This document shows, piece by piece, positions 61,279 to 64,000 of a stretch of DNA of 64,000 nucleotides (position 1 is its first letter; each line of letters opens with the position of its first letter). The notes below the pieces were generated by a model that worked only from the letters and a program-made list of their open reading frames with translations, was not told the DNA's origin and ran no database searches. The translations under genes and the position numbers were made by a program. This DNA comes from Nemertoderma westbladi (taxonomy: Eukaryota; Animalia; Xenacoelomorpha): the NCBI GenBank assembly GCA_032718475.1, contig JAUCBJ010007877.1, positions 1-64,000 on the forward strand. The letters run 5' to 3'.

Positions 61279-62924
61279 ATCTGCTATATAAATTTATCCA
61301 TATTATAATGAGTTTATATTTAGGCGAGCGGGCGTCGCTGCCTACCCCTCTCTGCCCCCGGACAGTGCGAGATCCTCAGCGCTGGTGTACTTTCGCCGAT
61401 GTGCCTATCGCCAACGTCGTAGCTGCACAACGACTACAACAACCAGCACGAGCCACTCCACCGTCCGTCCCAAAGGCTTAGATATACTTCAGGTTCTTAC
61501 TGGAGAGTTAGGGTTACTTTCACAATTGCGACTCGCTACTGTAAACACACCTTAGTAGTAACATTCACCTACAAACGCACAAATTCCACGTAACAGTCAC
61601 AAATGGTACACATTCTATCACACATTCGGGTCATTTGTCCGTTAGTCAAGTGCCTTCCAGAATGTCACGTTGTTATTATGTATTCTTGGATACTAGCGGT
61701 GTGCTATTTATTCCGTATGCTATTCAATACGCAAGCCCTTTATTATTCTTTTAACTCACTTCTAATTCTAGCGTGGTTGTTGCCATGGTGACATTATGGA
61801 AAGCTAGCGGTAGAATTAGGGTAATTCTCATGCATACAGATCTGGGATGCTATTTAATAGTAATTCTTTAATGGTCAATATCCCCTTTATACATGATTCT
61901 ATGAATTTTATCGGCTATTGACTATGCATTGGAGATTCTCGCACACAAATACACTTAATAGAGTGAATCTCCGCTCCCATGATCTATTAATTAATGGAAT
62001 TTTGGGAATGTTATAAATTGTACAAAATGACAATTTATTAAATTCATTGAAATTTATGAATTTAAATTTATTCCCGTAAATTTTATTATTTAATGTTAAA
62101 TAGACGTCATTTGATTCCAGAGCAGGTCTGGGGACATAGGATCCTTAATTCTATAAAAATTGTCTTTTAAGAGCATCGGTAAGTGCTACGATATCTTAAT
62201 CGACTAGAATTGTTAAAGGATCTGAATTTTACAGATTTTTGTAAATATTAAATAATTAATATTTGAGATGGGCACCAATTTATTCCAGAACTTGTCTGGG
62301 GACGTTAACCATTGATTCTAGAAATTTGTCTTTCAAGTATATCGGTGGGTGCCGCGATATCTTAATCGACTAGAATTACAGATGGTCAAAGGGTTTAACA
62401 GATTTATTTTGCGTTATATGCTACTGTTAAAGGGACATCACGCTACTATATGTATTATTTAATATACGGTATGAGAGCAATATCGCACGAAGCAATGTCA
62501 GTGTGAAGAGGCAAGTCGTTTCCAAGGTCTACCCAGAGCTTGGTTTAGCCGAGACACGAGGATCTGAACTTTGCATTCCTAATACTCTGCCTACCAATAA
62601 TACTTGAATATAGTAGTGGCTTTATTGTACTTTAATAAGTACGGATATTTCATCTTACTGTAGTCACGTATTGATAATGTAATACGGGCAGTAAGGAAAG
62701 AGAAAAATAATTATTTCTCGCCGTCGCACTAAATATATAATATACGTAATTAAATAATAAACGCGAATATATATTGCACTAATCTACTAAATAATCTCTA
62801 AAATACTATACTACTAAATAAAATTAAATAAAACGATTAAAATAAAATTACATAATAATACATACATAAATATAAAAATAAAACAAATACAAATAATAGA
62901 GTCACACACTCACTCCATATGTTG

Positions 62925-64000
62925 TTACGTTATGGAGTCCCTAGATGTTTGAAGGATTAGGGAGGTGGTCGTGGGAAGAGAATCTTGCCTTCCACAGTTT
63001 CCGGAGAGTCCTCCATTCCCTTCCGGTAAACACAAACGACCGACTGGGTGATTGAGTCGCTGCATCCCGAATACAATTCCAGGTTTCCTCTTCGTCCTGG
63101 AATAGTGACGATAGAAACATCGCTCTAGGTACACGACGGCCTTACAAAGCCGATTCCAGGAGCTATAGTGGTCCGTCGCTCCCTGCAGGAGAGGTGAGAG
63201 TCCCTGCGAGACGTCTGATGTTCCAGAGCTCCAATCGCTCTCTCTGATCTTCATGAAGGATCTACTCGCGGTGGGGAGGTCCAGATCCACGGCGTCGTCC
63301 CTGGCAATATGTAATACCGACAGATCTATCCCGGGTTCAAATAACTCCGATCCACCCGTCCGGGTTTTAGGTTTGACTTTCTCCGCTCCCTTGGCTGGTC
63401 TAATCTCAGTCGGAGTAAGATGGGGAGGCCATTCATCCTCCTTACTCAGGAAGTCGGGTTCACCTAACCGGTCTGTAGCATCTGTCAGTTCTTGAGGAGT
63501 TGCTCCTCTGGAAGCGATGTCAGTTGGATTAAACTTCTTGGGGCAATATCTCCATTGATCTACATTGGAGCTAATATCGTCATTATCTGAGGAGTATGGT
63601 GTTCCCTCAGTTGGGTCGTCTCCCTCACTAGTATCATCTTCCCATTCACTCACTTGGCAGACGCGATCTTGAAGCAGTCTTTCTCTGAGCGTTCTTCGGG
63701 AAGGTCCAGTAAGGTACCAACCTACTCTAGTTCTTACCGCATAGGTCTGAAGTGGTTGCGGTTGAGCAGGTCGTTTCTCCAATGTCTCCAGCGCCTCATG
63801 CGCGTTTTGACCGATTAATATTTGTACTCCAGGATAATCGGTGTCGAATCTAGGAATGTTAAGTTGTTGGGCATGATCATCTTCGTCCCAATTATAAGGT
63901 TCCACTTGGGTGGTAGCGAAGTTCTTTATTGCCACCATTTTGACTGACCTTATACTGTATTCTCCTAGTTTATCCTGTGGAGTGGACAACTCACCTATAT
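62925..64000 (-). CDS. C-terminal part of the sister Gag-protease polyprotein
   Basis: Strong similarity to the last ~250 aa of the 48422-51682 ORF, plus ~90 extra residues (HYSSWNRLCKAVVYL). Confidence 0.88.
   Translation of the reverse strand, partial: IGELSTPQDKLGEYSIRSVKMVAIKNFATTQVEPYNWDEDDHAQQLNIPRFDTDYPGVQILIGQNAHEALETLEKRPAQPQPLQTYAVRTRVGWYLTGPSRRTLRERLLQDRVCQVSEWEDDTSEGDDPTEGTPYSSDNDDISSNVDQWRYCPKKFNPTDIASRGATPQELTDATDRLGEPDFLSKEDEWPPHLTPTEIRPAKGAEKVKPKTRTGGSELFEPGIDLSVLHIARDDAVDLDLPTASRSFMKIRESDWSSGTSDVSQGLSPLLQGATDHYSSWNRLCKAVVYLERCFYRHYSRTKRKPGIVFGMQRLNHPVGRLCLPEGNGGLSGNCGRQDSLPTTTSLILQTSRDSIT

Larger units (their letters stand above)
58486..64000 (-). mobile_element. Sister copy of the non-autonomous BEL/Pao element (3' half; continues beyond the window)
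   Basis: Collinear homology with 50930-54835 in reverse orientation; same PPT-like TGGGAGCGG and LTR termini. Confidence 0.92.

Overview
AT-rich animal (probably invertebrate) genomic DNA dominated by transposable elements. One intron-rich host gene (+ strand, ~22.3-40.8 kb) encodes a probably secreted protein with two F-type-lectin/F5-8C-like domains and a TSP1 module. Main elements: (1) an intact ~7.3 kb APE-RT LINE whose 1224-aa ORF1 carries a SAP-like domain, a 9-aa repeat, PIP- and SIM-like motifs and a Ulp1/SENP (C48)-like protease domain; (2) a TSD-flanked tandem/inverted insertion of ~410-bp monomers, each with a tRNA-type Pol III promoter fused to a type I hammerhead ribozyme; (3) three members of a BEL/Pao LTR family: a complete young copy (47184-55960), a partial inverted sister (58486-64000) and an LTR end (1-735). 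These copies encode Gag-protease but no RT or integrase core, and carry a conserved structured spacer plus an extra Zn-knuckle ORF. The complete copy has no tRNA PBS. Instead, the 39 nt right after its 5' LTR are almost perfectly complementary to a segment inside the sister copy's LTR, suggesting priming by element-derived RNA. Also present: RTE, Merlin, Penelope, Gypsy, THAP/P-like and CR1-like remnants, MITEs, SINEs and minisatellites. All calls were made by eye; no database searches were run.
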